This document shows positions 51,363 to 64,000 of a stretch of 64,000 nt of DNA, piece by piece; positions within the stretch are counted from its first letter, which is position 1, and each line of letters opens with the position of its first letter. The translations under genes were made by a program, and so were the position numbers. The stretch is from positions 23,224,438 to 23,288,437 of the forward strand of contig NC_068989.1 of the NCBI RefSeq assembly GCF_001194135.2, read 5' to 3'. Under the pieces are notes generated by a model. The model did not search any database and was not told the origin of the DNA. It saw only the letters and a program-made list of their open reading frames with translations. The stretch is from Octopus bimaculoides. Lineage: Eukaryota.

Positions 51363-52652
51363 TGTGGTATGGGGAAAAAAGGTGTAATTCACCTACCTTG
51401 CAGGTTCTCTCACAGTATCAATCCTCTCCAGTCTAGCTTGCATATATCTATATGCACCAAATCTGTTTAATCTCTGGCCAGAACCTAAAAGCAAATTGCC
51501 TCACCTCATGCAGCCACACACATCCATCCTGTGTGACAGCCCCAAGGGGAAAGAGAACCATGCTGGTCATGCTTCTGTGTACATGACCTCCCTGAGCTCA
51601 TTTACTAACCTTTCAATTAATACCACCCATACATCCCACACACATTACAGATCTATATCTACCCTAATTGCACTAAATCCAGAACTACTTACCTCCCTTA
51701 CACATAATCTTTTTACTCAGGGACTAGTAGATACAGTTCAGTATTCGGTGTGCATTCAAAGCAATGATTAGTAACATTACGAAATCGGTATGCTTTTGAA
51801 TCTCTTTAACAATTCACAATAATGACTTTTATTACTTTTATTCCTACCTCAGTTCCTCTAACTGTATATATCTATTGTTACTCTTCATAAAAAGCCTTTA
51901 CTTTTTTTGATTTCCAATGTGTATTTTTGCTTATTTTTCTTCTTACTTTCCTCATATATATATATATATATATAAATAACATCATCATCATTTAATATCC
52001 ATTGTCCATGCTGGCATGGGTCGGACAGTTTGACCAGGGCTGGTAAGCTGAGGGATTACACCAGATTCCAGCCTGATTTGGCATGGTTTCTAAGTTGGAT
52101 GCCCTTCCTAACACCAACCCCTCCAAGGGTGTCATGGGTGCTTTTGCATGCCACCAGCATGGGTGCCAGTTGTGTGACACCAATATCTGCCACAACTATG
52201 ATTTCTCTTGGCTTGATGGGTCTTCTGAAGCACAGCTTATTGCCAAAGGTCTCAGTAATTTATCATTGCTTCTGTGAGGTCCAGCGCTTGAAAGGTGTTT
52301 TTTACATGACACCGACAGTAGCCACAACTATGGTTTCATTTGGATTAATGGGCCTTTTCAAGCACACACACACACATATATGTACATATGAGTGCAGATG
52401 GCCATATAAAGTGCAGGTCACTAAATGTAAAAGAGGGAGACCTAGGAAGACATAGGACAAGGTGGTGAAAACTAATTTCAGGACCTTCAACCTAATGCAT
52501 GAGATGACAAAGGACTGTTTCCTAGGGCTAAATAGCAGTAGTATTCTTCCCTTTCATAGGACTGCCAAATTAAATTGGCAACATAACATCACCTTATATA
52601 TATATAAAATATGTGTGTGGGTGTGTGTATGTATGTATGTATGTATGTATAT

Positions 52653-52691
<39 letters not shown>

Positions 52692-53084
52692 AACACACAG
52701 ATAGACAATAGACAAATAGATAGATAGATAGATCAGGCTTTTTTCAGTTTCTGTCTACCAAATCTACTCGCAAGCCTTTGATTGGCCTGAGAGGACACTT
52801 GCCCGATGCACCAGTGAGACTGAACCCTGAGACTGGGAAGTAAACTTCTTACCATGCAGCCACACCTGTGTGTGTGTGCGTGCACGCGCGTGCATGTGTG
52901 CGTGCGTAAGAGCAAAGCTTCTAGAATTGATGGCGGAAGTTTGATAGATTGCTTTCGTATAAAGGTTAGAGCGTCCGTCACATTTACAGACGACATGGTT
53001 TAGAGCTTCATGGGCATCCTTCAACTTCTTCCATTCAAAGGAGTGTTTTTTTAAACCCAGCATTCATTGTGCTATTATTTATAA

Positions 53085-53358
53085 CAGTGTTTTTCAACCG
53101 TTACTTATCTATTCGATGTCTAAAAACTAATTTTATAACTACTTATTTCAAAATTCCAATTTTGTTATTCGCTCGTTCACTTGTATAGGTTGAACTATGT
53201 AAAATGTTAGAGAAAGAAACCTAGCTGTTTCTTGCAAAACTTTTCATGGCCCCTTAAAGTACTACTGTGGATCCCCAATATGCTATTTTGCAAGAGTGGA
53301 CCCTCAATAATGACCCCGCCTCCCCAAGAGTCGTCCGGACTCTAGTTGAGAACCACTG
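53085..53358. mobile_element. hAT (Charlie-like) MITE
   Basis: CAGTGTTTTTCAAC / GTTGAGAACCACTG termini; TSD atttataa/atttatag. Confidence 0.8.
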
Positions 53359-53427
53359 ATTTATAGCTTCATCGGTTTAAGAGTTCCTCAAGTATAAAAA
53401 ACGATTTTTAGATAAATATGTGTATAT

Positions 53428-53462
<35 letters not shown>

Positions 53463-54198
53463 AAATATAGTGTACATTTAATACACATCAGAGATGCCCA
53501 TAAAAGGACATCTGACCCGCTAGAAAGAGCAGCCAAAGCTCGCTAGACCACCGGTAGTTGATTAAATTTCTTAATTTTTTGCTACCCTAAGACTTGGGAA
53601 AGTGTCTTCTACTATAGCCTCGGGCCGACCAAAGCCTTGTGAGTGGATTTGGTGGACGGAAACTGAAAGAAGCCTGTCGTATATATGTTTATGTGTGTGT
53701 GTATATGTTTGTGTNNNNNNNNNNNNNNNNNNNNNNNNNNNNNNNNNNNNNNNNNNNNNNNNNNNNNNNNNNNNNNNNNNNNNNNNNNNNNNNNNNNNNN
53801 NNNNNNNNNNNNNNNNNNNNNNNNNNNNNNNNNNNNNNNNNNNNNNNNNNNNNNNNNNNNNNNNNNNNNNNNNNNNNNNNNNNNNNNNNNNNNNNNNNNN
53901 NNNNNNNNNNNNNNNNNNNNNNNNNNNNNNNNNNNNNNNNNNNNNNNNNNNNNNNNNNNNNNNNNNNNNNNNNNNNNNNNNNNNNNNNNNNTTTTTTTTT
54001 TTTTTTTTTTAAATTTATTTATATGATGTATGTATGCATATATATTCACACACACAAGCCTACATGTAGCCAGGAGAAGGGAGAAGCCAGGAATGAAGTA
54101 ACCATGCCTGTGTGAAATGGGAAATGACATCGCCTGATTGTAACAACACACCACCAAATATGGTTTAAAATAGTTGTCGAGTCATACACACAGTCGGT

Positions 54199-54229
<31 letters not shown>

Positions 54230-55618
54230 GCATATACACACGGTGACCAGTTGATAAAATATATTTATATAGGTGTTTTTGTTTTGACATTCCAGTCATA
54301 ACTGTTGGCCAATTTCCTGTCGTAAAATATTCCAGTCTCCCCACACCTTATTTAATTACAAGGATAAGGGCAATTTACTAGTCGCATACATTTTCAGCCA
54401 ACTTGTGACTCTCTAATCTGTGTTAACCCCCTTCATGCGGTCACTCAAACAGCTGGAAATAGCAGCCCAATTTTCCTTAATTCGAACCCATCGGTTTGGA
54501 AGAAGAAAAACACTAGATACTGTAGTCCCAGATATACTAGGTTCAAATGAAAGATAGATGGCTAAGTTTAGATGCAGCTTTTGGTGGAATTCTGTTTTAA
54601 GCACCTCATAATAACGCCCCACGACTTTTTTTTTATTTGACTTTAGGTCTGCTCGTTTAGGGCCAACCTAGGGTTAAACTACTATAACTAATAAAAACAA
54701 CGATAATAAAGGACCCCAAATACTTGATAAGTGAAATTGAGAAGAAAAGTTGAAATGTTCAGGTTTTTCTGAAATACATTTGAATTTTAGTTGGCGAAAT
54801 TGACAGAGCATCGGACAAAATGCCTTGCAGGATTTGTTCCTGTTTCTTACGTTCCATTCTGAAGTTAATTTGCCTTTCGTTGGGTCTACAAAATAAAGTA
54901 CCAGTCTAGTACTGAGGTCGATAGTACCGAGTAACCTCCTACTACCAAAAAAGCACGGCCTTGTGCCTAAATCTGAGACAATTATTATTCATTCATTTCT
55001 TTGTCTTTTCTTTATTTATTTATTGTATATTTTAATCCGGAGATAGAGGTTAACCTACGGGATATGTGGTTATCTTTCGTCAAGTGAAGTTGCGATAAGT
55101 GAAGACAAGAGTAGATGCAGCTTTTGGTGGAATTCTATTTTAAGCACCTCATATAGCCCCTCACGACTTTTTTTTTTTATTTATAAGAATTTTCAAAAAA
55201 AATATTGCGAATTTGTATTGTACGCACGAGAATTCATACAATTATGAAAAAAAATTTTTTTAGAATTTTTCAGAGTTTAAAATACGGACAATCCAAATAT
55301 TTTGCTTAAATCCCAACAATAGACCATTAAATGTGTTTATAGGGAGAAAGATATTGAAAAACAACAATGCGTCAGAATGAGAAAGAAGCGAGAAGGGTAT
55401 CAAGTGGTCGTGAGATGTGCTAAAAATAACAGCTAAATAACCCTTAAATCACGCAAAATTTTATTTTCATTTTTGCGTAACCATATGAATTCCTGCATGT
55501 AGAACACAAATTCATAAAAAAATTTCTGAAAATTCCAAAAATTTGAAAAGTTATGAGGATGCTTAAACCAGAATTCTGCCCAGTTTTTAACCTTTAACAG
55601 TGTTGTATAAAGTCTCCC

Positions 55619-55950
55619 GGATCTTCTTGGTTTGACGGGCAACATTTTTCATTTATGTTTTATGTAGAGTTTTTGGTACCGAAACACTTTCAAACTTCGT
55701 ATACTTGTATATTTTGTGTTATAGAACAGATAAAAAATTTTGTATTCGAAGTTATTTCATGTTAAAAATTCTCTTATTTCGATAATTTCAACCAATCACT
55801 GACGTTTATTCAGTTGAATACAGTTACTGCTGTGGCGGTGTATATGGTATTAATGCCTGTTAGTTCTGATATGACACATTCTACCAGTGTCCCAAGTTTG
55901 AAAGTGTTTCGTTATGAAAACAAGTGTTGCCCGTCAAACCAAAAAGATCC
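55619..55950. mobile_element. MITE with GG...CC termini and a perfect 8-bp TSD
   Basis: TIRs ggatcttcttggtttgacgggcaaca / tgttgcccgtcaaaccaaaaagatcc; agtctccc at 55611-55618 and 55951-55958. Confidence 0.85.
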
Positions 55951-56344
55951 AGTCTCCCTTGGTTTTACTACGGAATCTTGTATAACATAATATAATATAT
56001 ATTGCGTGTTCACTTGTGAAAATAATACAAGAAACAAACTTTCAAGATAACAGTGAGACTTTATTCCTCCATTAAACAGTACAGTGGACAAAATAAAAAC
56101 ATCACTAAGCCTGGTGGTTATATGGTTTATCCGTCGTTTGGATAATTTAGCCTGGGCCATCGTTAGTTACATGTGCTCTGTTATATTAATTTTGCTCTGG
56201 TGAATAATGGCAGGAAAATAACATGACTTGCCTTCATGAAAATCGCTCAGCCTCTCCTCATAGATGATGTGTTATACCAATTTATAGAAAAAGGGTAGGC
56301 TCCAGTGTACATTCAGATTTGTTTGAGAATGTATTACATGCAAC

Positions 56345-56485
56345 ATAATTGGATCTTTCATAGAAATTCTTTGCAATACTCAACCAATCAAAGCACAGGA
56401 TTCAACCAATGTTAAAAAAAAACTCACATGATTGGTAAGATGACCAATCATTGCAGATTAACATGCTGAGCCTATAAAAGGCTAG
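56345..56485 (+). promoter_or_regulatory. CCAAT-box cluster plus TATA box
   Basis: CCAAT/ATTGG at 56348, 56384, 56406, 56431 and 56444; TATAAAAG at 56473-56480. Confidence 0.5.
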
Positions 56486-57344
56486 TCATCTTCCATATGC
56501 TACAATAGAAATTGGTCTCACTACAAACCTTTTGCCTGCCTCATGTCACAGAACTGTTTCCCTGACACCCATGCATCATATCTGACATTGCATTCACCAA
56601 GAAAAAACAACTTTAGCCAATGACTGATATTTTCAGTTTCTCAACAAGTAGGGGAGACAACTACAGACACATTTCAGTGTTATGAACTCTGCAGCAAAGT
56701 ATCACCTTTGTTGTATTTACAGAAGTAGAATGAAAGACTCCTGGAAAATAGAATTGTTAAGAAATTTAAGAATATTTTTAGTCCTTGACTGATATTATTG
56801 CTACATATTTGTTTTTCTAATGTTCAATGTCTAAATATATTATCACTAACTTAGTAATAACCAGTAAAAACCAGAGTGGTTGATGTTAGGAAAGACATCC
56901 AGTTCACTTTGCAGATTGGTTGGTGTCAGGAAGGGCATCCAACCATAAAAACCCTGCCGAAACAGACAGTTGCTTCGGGTAGTCTTTTACCTGGCTGGCT
57001 CCTGTAAATAGTCCTACTCATGCATGCATGGAAGATGGATGTTAAACGATAATGATAATGATGATGATGATGATGATATAACTGCACGGACATATTATTT
57101 AAAACAAACTGGTGCATCATGACATATACATACACACATATTCACGATTATAATATTTTCTAGTTTCACGTACCCTTCAGTAAACATTCTCATTCTCCCA
57201 CGCTCTCTCTCTCTCTCCCTCTCTCCTTTCTCCCCCTCTCTCTCCCTCTCCCTTTCTCCCCCTTTCTCTCTCACACACATCTGCTCTAAACACAATCTAT
57301 TTCTCTCTTTCTACCCATTCATTCAACTAATTATTTAACCACAA

Positions 57345-57470
57345 CAATCCCTTTCTCCCAGCTCTCCAAGCAATCCCTTTCTCCTAGCTCTCCAAGCAAT
57401 CCCTTTCTCCCAGCTCTCCAAGCAATCCCTTTCTCCTAGCTCTCCAAGCAATCCCTTTCTCTTAGCTCTC
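57345..57470. repeat. 26-bp minisatellite, about 4.8 units
   Basis: caatccctttctcc(c/t)agctctccaag in tandem. Confidence 0.95.
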
Positions 57471-58044
57471 GCTGTGAACACTCTTCTCCCTTTAAATTAA
57501 CCATGAGACAGCATCACAAATTTGGCCCTAACACACTTATTTGCTAAACATTTAGTGGTTCACCAATCTTTAGAGTTCTCTTCTTCCAACACTCTCGGTT
57601 ATAAGTTTTTAATGAAACATGGAAAGGCATATGCAGAATGCAAGAAATAGCAGTTAGATAACTTCAAAAAGAAATTAAAAATAAAGCAAAAAAATGGAAT
57701 TAAATTTCATATTCAGTTTTCTATAGTAACATTTAATTTCTCCTAAGAATGAAAGCTGCATGAAATATATATCATTAGCATTTAAATTTAATGTCACATA
57801 AATATCACTATATTTCAGATTTGCCAACATGGAAAACTGAATTAAGTTAATACGTTAGAGTTTGTATTCATTGTGCAGAAATTAATATCCTAGTTGTCAC
57901 TTGCCAGTAAGTATGATTTTATAGTTTGTATCGCACTTTTGCATATTGTTTTAGGAGTAGCTTCAAGTAGACATTGATACCCTCTCTCCCCACACTTGTC
58001 CCAATGGAGCAGAAAGAGAGAGAGAGAGAGTGAGACAGAGAGAG

Positions 58045-58093
<49 letters not shown>

Positions 58094-59089
58094 GCTGCAT
58101 CAGGAATTAGCAATTGGCTGGTACTCATTTTCAGTTAAGTAAATTGAAGCAACATGAAACCAGGCATCTTGCTAAAGGACACAATGTGCTTCCTCTTTCA
58201 AGTATTGAACTCACAAATTTATAATCATGAGGCCTAGACCCTAATTACTTAGCCATGTGCTTTCATATGTTGTCATCATCATCATCATTGTTTTAACTTC
58301 CACTTTTCTATGCTTGCATAGTTCAGACAGAATTCACGGCGGAAGATTTTCTATGGCAGGATGCCCTTTCTGTGGTCATTTTTCACCTGTTTCCCAAGCA
58401 AGGTAATATTTCCCCATGCCAGGGTGGTGAGCTGGCAGAGTCATTACTGCATCAGTAAAAATGCTTTGTGGCATTTCTTCCAACTTTAAGTTCTGAATTC
58501 AAGTGCCACCAGGGTTGACTTTGCCTTTCATCCTTTCGGGGGGGGGGGTCAATAAAATAAGTACCAGTTGAACACTGAAGTCTGTGTAATTGACTTACCT
58601 TCTCCCCTGAAATTGCTGGCCCTGTGCCTCAATTTGAAATCAATATTTCTTCATGCCCAGACATGATTTTCTCAGAAGATTGAAAATGAACAACAAAGCA
58701 TGTATGATGTCAAAACAAGAAAAAAAACCTATTCAGATTGACCCAGCTGTTTCAAGAACAGTTGCATAATTGGTGCAATCTTCTACATGTTGCCAGCATC
58801 CAACATATTTATGGTAACCTATATCATCTTTGGAGGGATAATGAGTTTTTTACTTCTCTTTCAGTTACAACCCACCAAACTATGTCATCTGAATACTACA
58901 GATTTCCCTTCTACCTCTTCCTGCAGTCAGGGCCTGTTTTAAACCAATTAAATTTGTTTAAATAGGGTCCCACACCAAGAGAGGACCCTGTGCACACACT
59001 CAAGTTGTGTATATTTGGAATATAAATTGGTAGTAATTTACTAAACCCAAGAATGCTTGTAGCATAATCACATTATTCAGTGTGGGCAT

Positions 59090-61626
59090 ATTTTTTTATC
59101 ACAGTTGCTCTGGATGGGTCCAGTTTCCATCTGTTCTTATCTATTATCTATCTCAAGTTTTTAATTTCTTTCAGAAAGAACTCACATTTTTCTTCACTTA
59201 ACTTAAAATTGTATTCTCTTATCTTTTTGAATAAGCTCTTTATATGTTCTACATGTTCATGTGATTTGCTTTTTATTAGGATATCATCTAAATAGGCAAC
59301 AGCAAAATCACAGTCATCCAGCATTTTATCCATTACTTACTGAAATATGAGAGGAGCCACTTTTACATCGAAGGGAACCTGCTTAAATTTAAAGAAGCCA
59401 CTGTGTGTATCAATGGCTAATAAGTGTGAGCATTCTTCTTCTACTTGGATTTGTAAATATGCCTTCGAGAGGTCTAATTTTGAGAAGAATTTCCCTCCAT
59501 TCAATTTTGCAAACACTTCCTCAGGACTCAGCAATAGGTAGTTATGTGAGATTAAGAAATTATTCAACTCTGTTGAAAAATATGCACAAACTCTTAACAT
59601 TATTTTTCTTTTTTTATGTAGACTGTAGGTGCTGTCCAACCTGAGTGGTCTGTCTTCTCGATTATTCCTAGGCTTTCAAGTCTTCAAGTCCTTTATTTAC
59701 CTGTTCTGGTGCCGTGAATGATACATTCCGTTTTGGCTTAGTATGGGTGTTGCACTTTGTTCTACGACAATTTTTACCTTTGTCTTCATCCAGCAGCCCA
59801 GCTCATCTGAGAAAACATCTGGAAATAAATGATTTATTTTTCGTTTCCAATCCCTCAGCTGCATTCGAACCTACAACTGAACTGACTACATTCTCACACA
59901 AACACTAATGGGTGTATTCCACAATTTGAACAGTTCCATAACACATATACTTTTGCCGTTTTCATTTGGTCATGAAATGTCACATTATACACAAATTTAC
60001 CTGCAAAATACAATATTTTACTTGTAACACTGTGTGCTACTTTTGTAGATTTACTTAATTTCAGCTTATTGTTATACTTCCAAGTTTCTTCATTCACAAT
60101 GGTAATATCATTTCCAGTGTCAAACTGCATTTTACTCTTATATTTTCAATTTTCACATTTACAATTTCCTCTTTGTCACATTACCATTTTCTTTCTACAG
60201 CATCTTGTTTATTCTGTTTTCTTTGCTCCAATGTTTTGTCATCTTGGTATTACAGTATGCTGTTACATGTCCAATTTTTCCACAACAGAAACATTCCAGT
60301 AGTAAGCTGGCAGAAACGTTAACACGCTGGGTGAAATGCTTAGCGGTATTTCATCTGCCGCTACGTTCTGAGTTCATATTCCGCCAAGGTCGACTTTGTC
60401 TTTCATCCTTTCAGGGTCGATTAAATAAGTAGCAGTTATGCACTGGGGTCGATATAATCGACTTAATCCCTTTGTCTATCCTTGTTTGTCCCCTCTGTGT
60501 GTAGCCCCTTGTGGGCAGTAAAGAAATAAGAAACATTCCATTTCCTTAAATGAACAGTTTTTTCTCAGGTGTAAACCTCCAAATGCAAAACATGGGTTTG
60601 TTTCATGATTCTTGTCCTGTTTGTACTGTACTTTAGTAAATACTTGCTTTCTATTCTGCCTGTTTCACACTTGTATCACTTGGGAGCAATCTTTATGTTC
60701 AATTTTCTCTGTGTTGTGTCTTTACTATTCTTTCACATTCTTCTGACATTTGTTGTAAGGTTATAGCTTGGTTTTGTTCCAGCTTAGCAAGAATTCTTAT
60801 TCTTACTTTTTACTTCTGCATCTTTTTTCTGCAGTTAGTCCTTGAGTAAATATCTGGTGTTAATTCATCCAGTTTGAACTTTTCACACTCTCTGTTAACT
60901 CTGCTAGCATATGTGATGTAGTCCTCTTCATCTTTCTTTTGTAGGTTCAAACATTTTCAGCATGTATTGAACAACAAGCTTTTCTTGCTAAAAATTTTAC
61001 ACAATATGTATAATGTATTTTTAAAGTTTATATCAGAAGTTATTTTCAGAAGTACGTAATTGCTGTAATGTCCCTGTTCTCTTGCTGTTAGTTCTTTTAG
61101 GATTAGATGCGTTTTCGTATCATTGTCCCAATCTTTGCACTCTTTATTGAAGATCTGTTTGTAACTTCTATAGTATGCCTCGAAGATAACTCTTTCCTCT
61201 CATTCATACTTAAATTCTGTTATTCAGTATGCAACATAATCTAGCAAGAACATCTTTTCAGCATTTTTTGATGACTTACTATTCATTAATTGCAGCATTT
61301 GTTGCTGTAATAATAATTGTTATCGTTGTTGTTGTTGCTGTTTTCCCAACTCAAGCAAACCAGCCAACAAGCAACAAGTCTTCCATAATTTCATACTTTA
61401 GTATATTGTAAAATTTGCACAAAGAAATTTTGTGAGTTTCGTAACTCCTTGTGAGTTTGTTAATTCCTTGTGAATCTGTTAATTCCACATTGCCACTGTT
61501 GTAATCCCCTGTTGGACTGTTATAATGTCCACTCTGGTATAGCAGTATAGTTAGTTAGACAAATAAGCCACAATAATCTATATGCCAACTAATCGACTGA
61601 CACCCTCTTCAACTTCCTATATCACA
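59090..61626 (-). mobile_element. Decayed Ty3/Gypsy (Mag-like) LTR retrotransposon: gag, protease and RT
   Basis: gag (..DYITYASRVNRECEKFKL.., decayed CCHC) at 60540-61390; protease FDTGNDITIV at 59894-60130; RT FSKLDLSKAYLQI and AYLDDILI at 59148-59600. Candidate PBS tggcaatgtgg at 61485-61495 and candidate 5' LTR TGT...AACA at 61497-61626. Confidence 0.8.
60299..60528 (+). mobile_element. SINE family B, young copy inserted in the Gypsy remnant
   Basis: 12-bp TSD agaaacattcca at 60287-60298 and 60529-60540. Confidence 0.88.
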
Positions 61627-61691
61627 GTATTTGTAACGACTAGCACATACCACTCATCATGTGGGATGGGTGTTCCATTATTATTATTATG

Positions 61692-61759
<68 letters not shown>

Positions 61760-61968
61760 CCCCATAACATATATGTACAAACATATATTTATATACATAT
61801 ATATATAGATATATATATCTAAATAATATGTGACAATTATTCAGGCTACCGAATAATTGTCACATATTATTTACAGATAAATTCCTCTATTTACATAATA
61901 TCGAGGTCTCTTTCTTTCTTTTGTTGTCTTACCTTTTCTATCAATATATATATATATATATATATACC

Positions 61969-62028
<60 letters not shown>

Positions 62029-62079
62029 CACATATATATGTATATACCCACATATATATGTATATATATTTTTCTATTT

Positions 62080-63193
<1,114 letters not shown>

Positions 63194-63641
63194 TATGAGA
63201 AAAGATGACCACTGCAGAATTTGAACTCAGAACATAAAGATAGATGAAATGTTGCTAAGCATTTTGTTCAGCGTGCTAACGATTCTGCCAACTCACCGCC
63301 TTTTCACAATACCGATGAATATTTATTTACAGTAAAGGTGGTAAGCTGGCAGAATCATTTGCATAATGGGTGAAATGCTTAACAGCATTTCGTCTGTGTT
63401 TATGTTCTGTGTCTAAATTCCACTGGGGTTGATTTTGACTTCCATCCTTTTGGGATCTATGAAATAACGATCAGTAGAGCACTGGTGTCAATGTAATCGA
63501 TTTACTCCTCCTCCAAAATTGCTGGCTTTGTGCCAAAATTTGAAACCAGTATTTATTCACAGTTTTCCTATAAATCAAGGATGACTCTTCGATTTTTTTA
63601 ACTAATAAAACATTAAGACATGATAAATGCTAAATGTGAAA

Positions 63642-63960
63642 TCTATATATATAAAAATGAGAATGTGTGTCTGTCTGTCTGTCTGTCTGTGTGAATCCCT
63701 AAAACTCGAGAACTACGCAACCAATTTCATTCAAATTTTACAGATGCCTTACTTAGGGATCCAGTTGTGTTTTAGTCAAAAAAAATTTTAACTTCTTGCA
63801 GACTTCGAGCCCACGGCAACATAATATCTCCTCCACTATTTAAGTATTACGTGTCAAAAGTGAAACAAAAACACTCATGTCAAATACTTTCACTTTAAAA
63901 ATGAAACTATTCTACTAACTGAAACAATCACATTTCGATACTGTAATGACAGATACTTTC
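63642..63960 (+). mobile_element. Non-autonomous Helitron-like 5' end
   Basis: A|TCTATATATATAAAAATGAGAATG followed by (GTCT)n, typical of Helitron-derived 5' termini; 3' end not identified. Confidence 0.55.
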
Positions 63961-64000
63961 AGTGAGAGAGAGAAAGAGAGAAAGAGAGAGAGAGAGATGT

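Noticed and set aside
54413-54622. 69-aa minus-strand ORF and an overlapping short plus-strand ORF
   Set aside because: No recognisable domain or splice chain, and it overlaps a MITE junction duplicate.
55912-56160. 82-aa ORF MAQAKLSKRR... as a first exon
   Set aside because: No recognisable homology, a weak donor, and its 3' part runs into a MITE TIR.
57345-57470. CRISPR-like array
   Set aside because: Units are directly adjacent with no unique spacers, there are no cas genes, and the context is eukaryotic.

Overview
AT-rich, microsatellite- and transposon-dense animal genomic DNA with five assembly gaps. The SINE, RTE and MITE repertoire looks like an octopus draft assembly (inference). 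Two host genes converge. (1) The last coding exon of an aquaporin (MIP family) lies at 1835-2035 (+). (2) A complete six-exon myosin II essential light chain gene (non-muscle, Mlc-c/MYL6-like, 147 aa) lies on the minus strand at 46881-17596; I rebuilt it by hand, including an ATG-only first exon and a 28-nt second exon that the ORF track misses. The rest is mostly transposon debris: three tRNA-headed SINE families, RTE, CR1, HERO-type and Penelope-like fragments, a decayed Gypsy element, a full-length mariner, a Tc1 remnant, Helentron/Helitron-type elements and many MITEs. The most notable unexplained structures are long palindromes, an inverted SINE pair bracketing two frame-symmetric exons, a duplicated CCAAT+octamer+TATA module, and an orphan five-CCAAT/TATA cluster. 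No CRISPR, rRNA or genuine tRNA gene was seen. No new biological system is demonstrated; the findings are testable hypotheses. Family names come from recalled motifs, not database searches.
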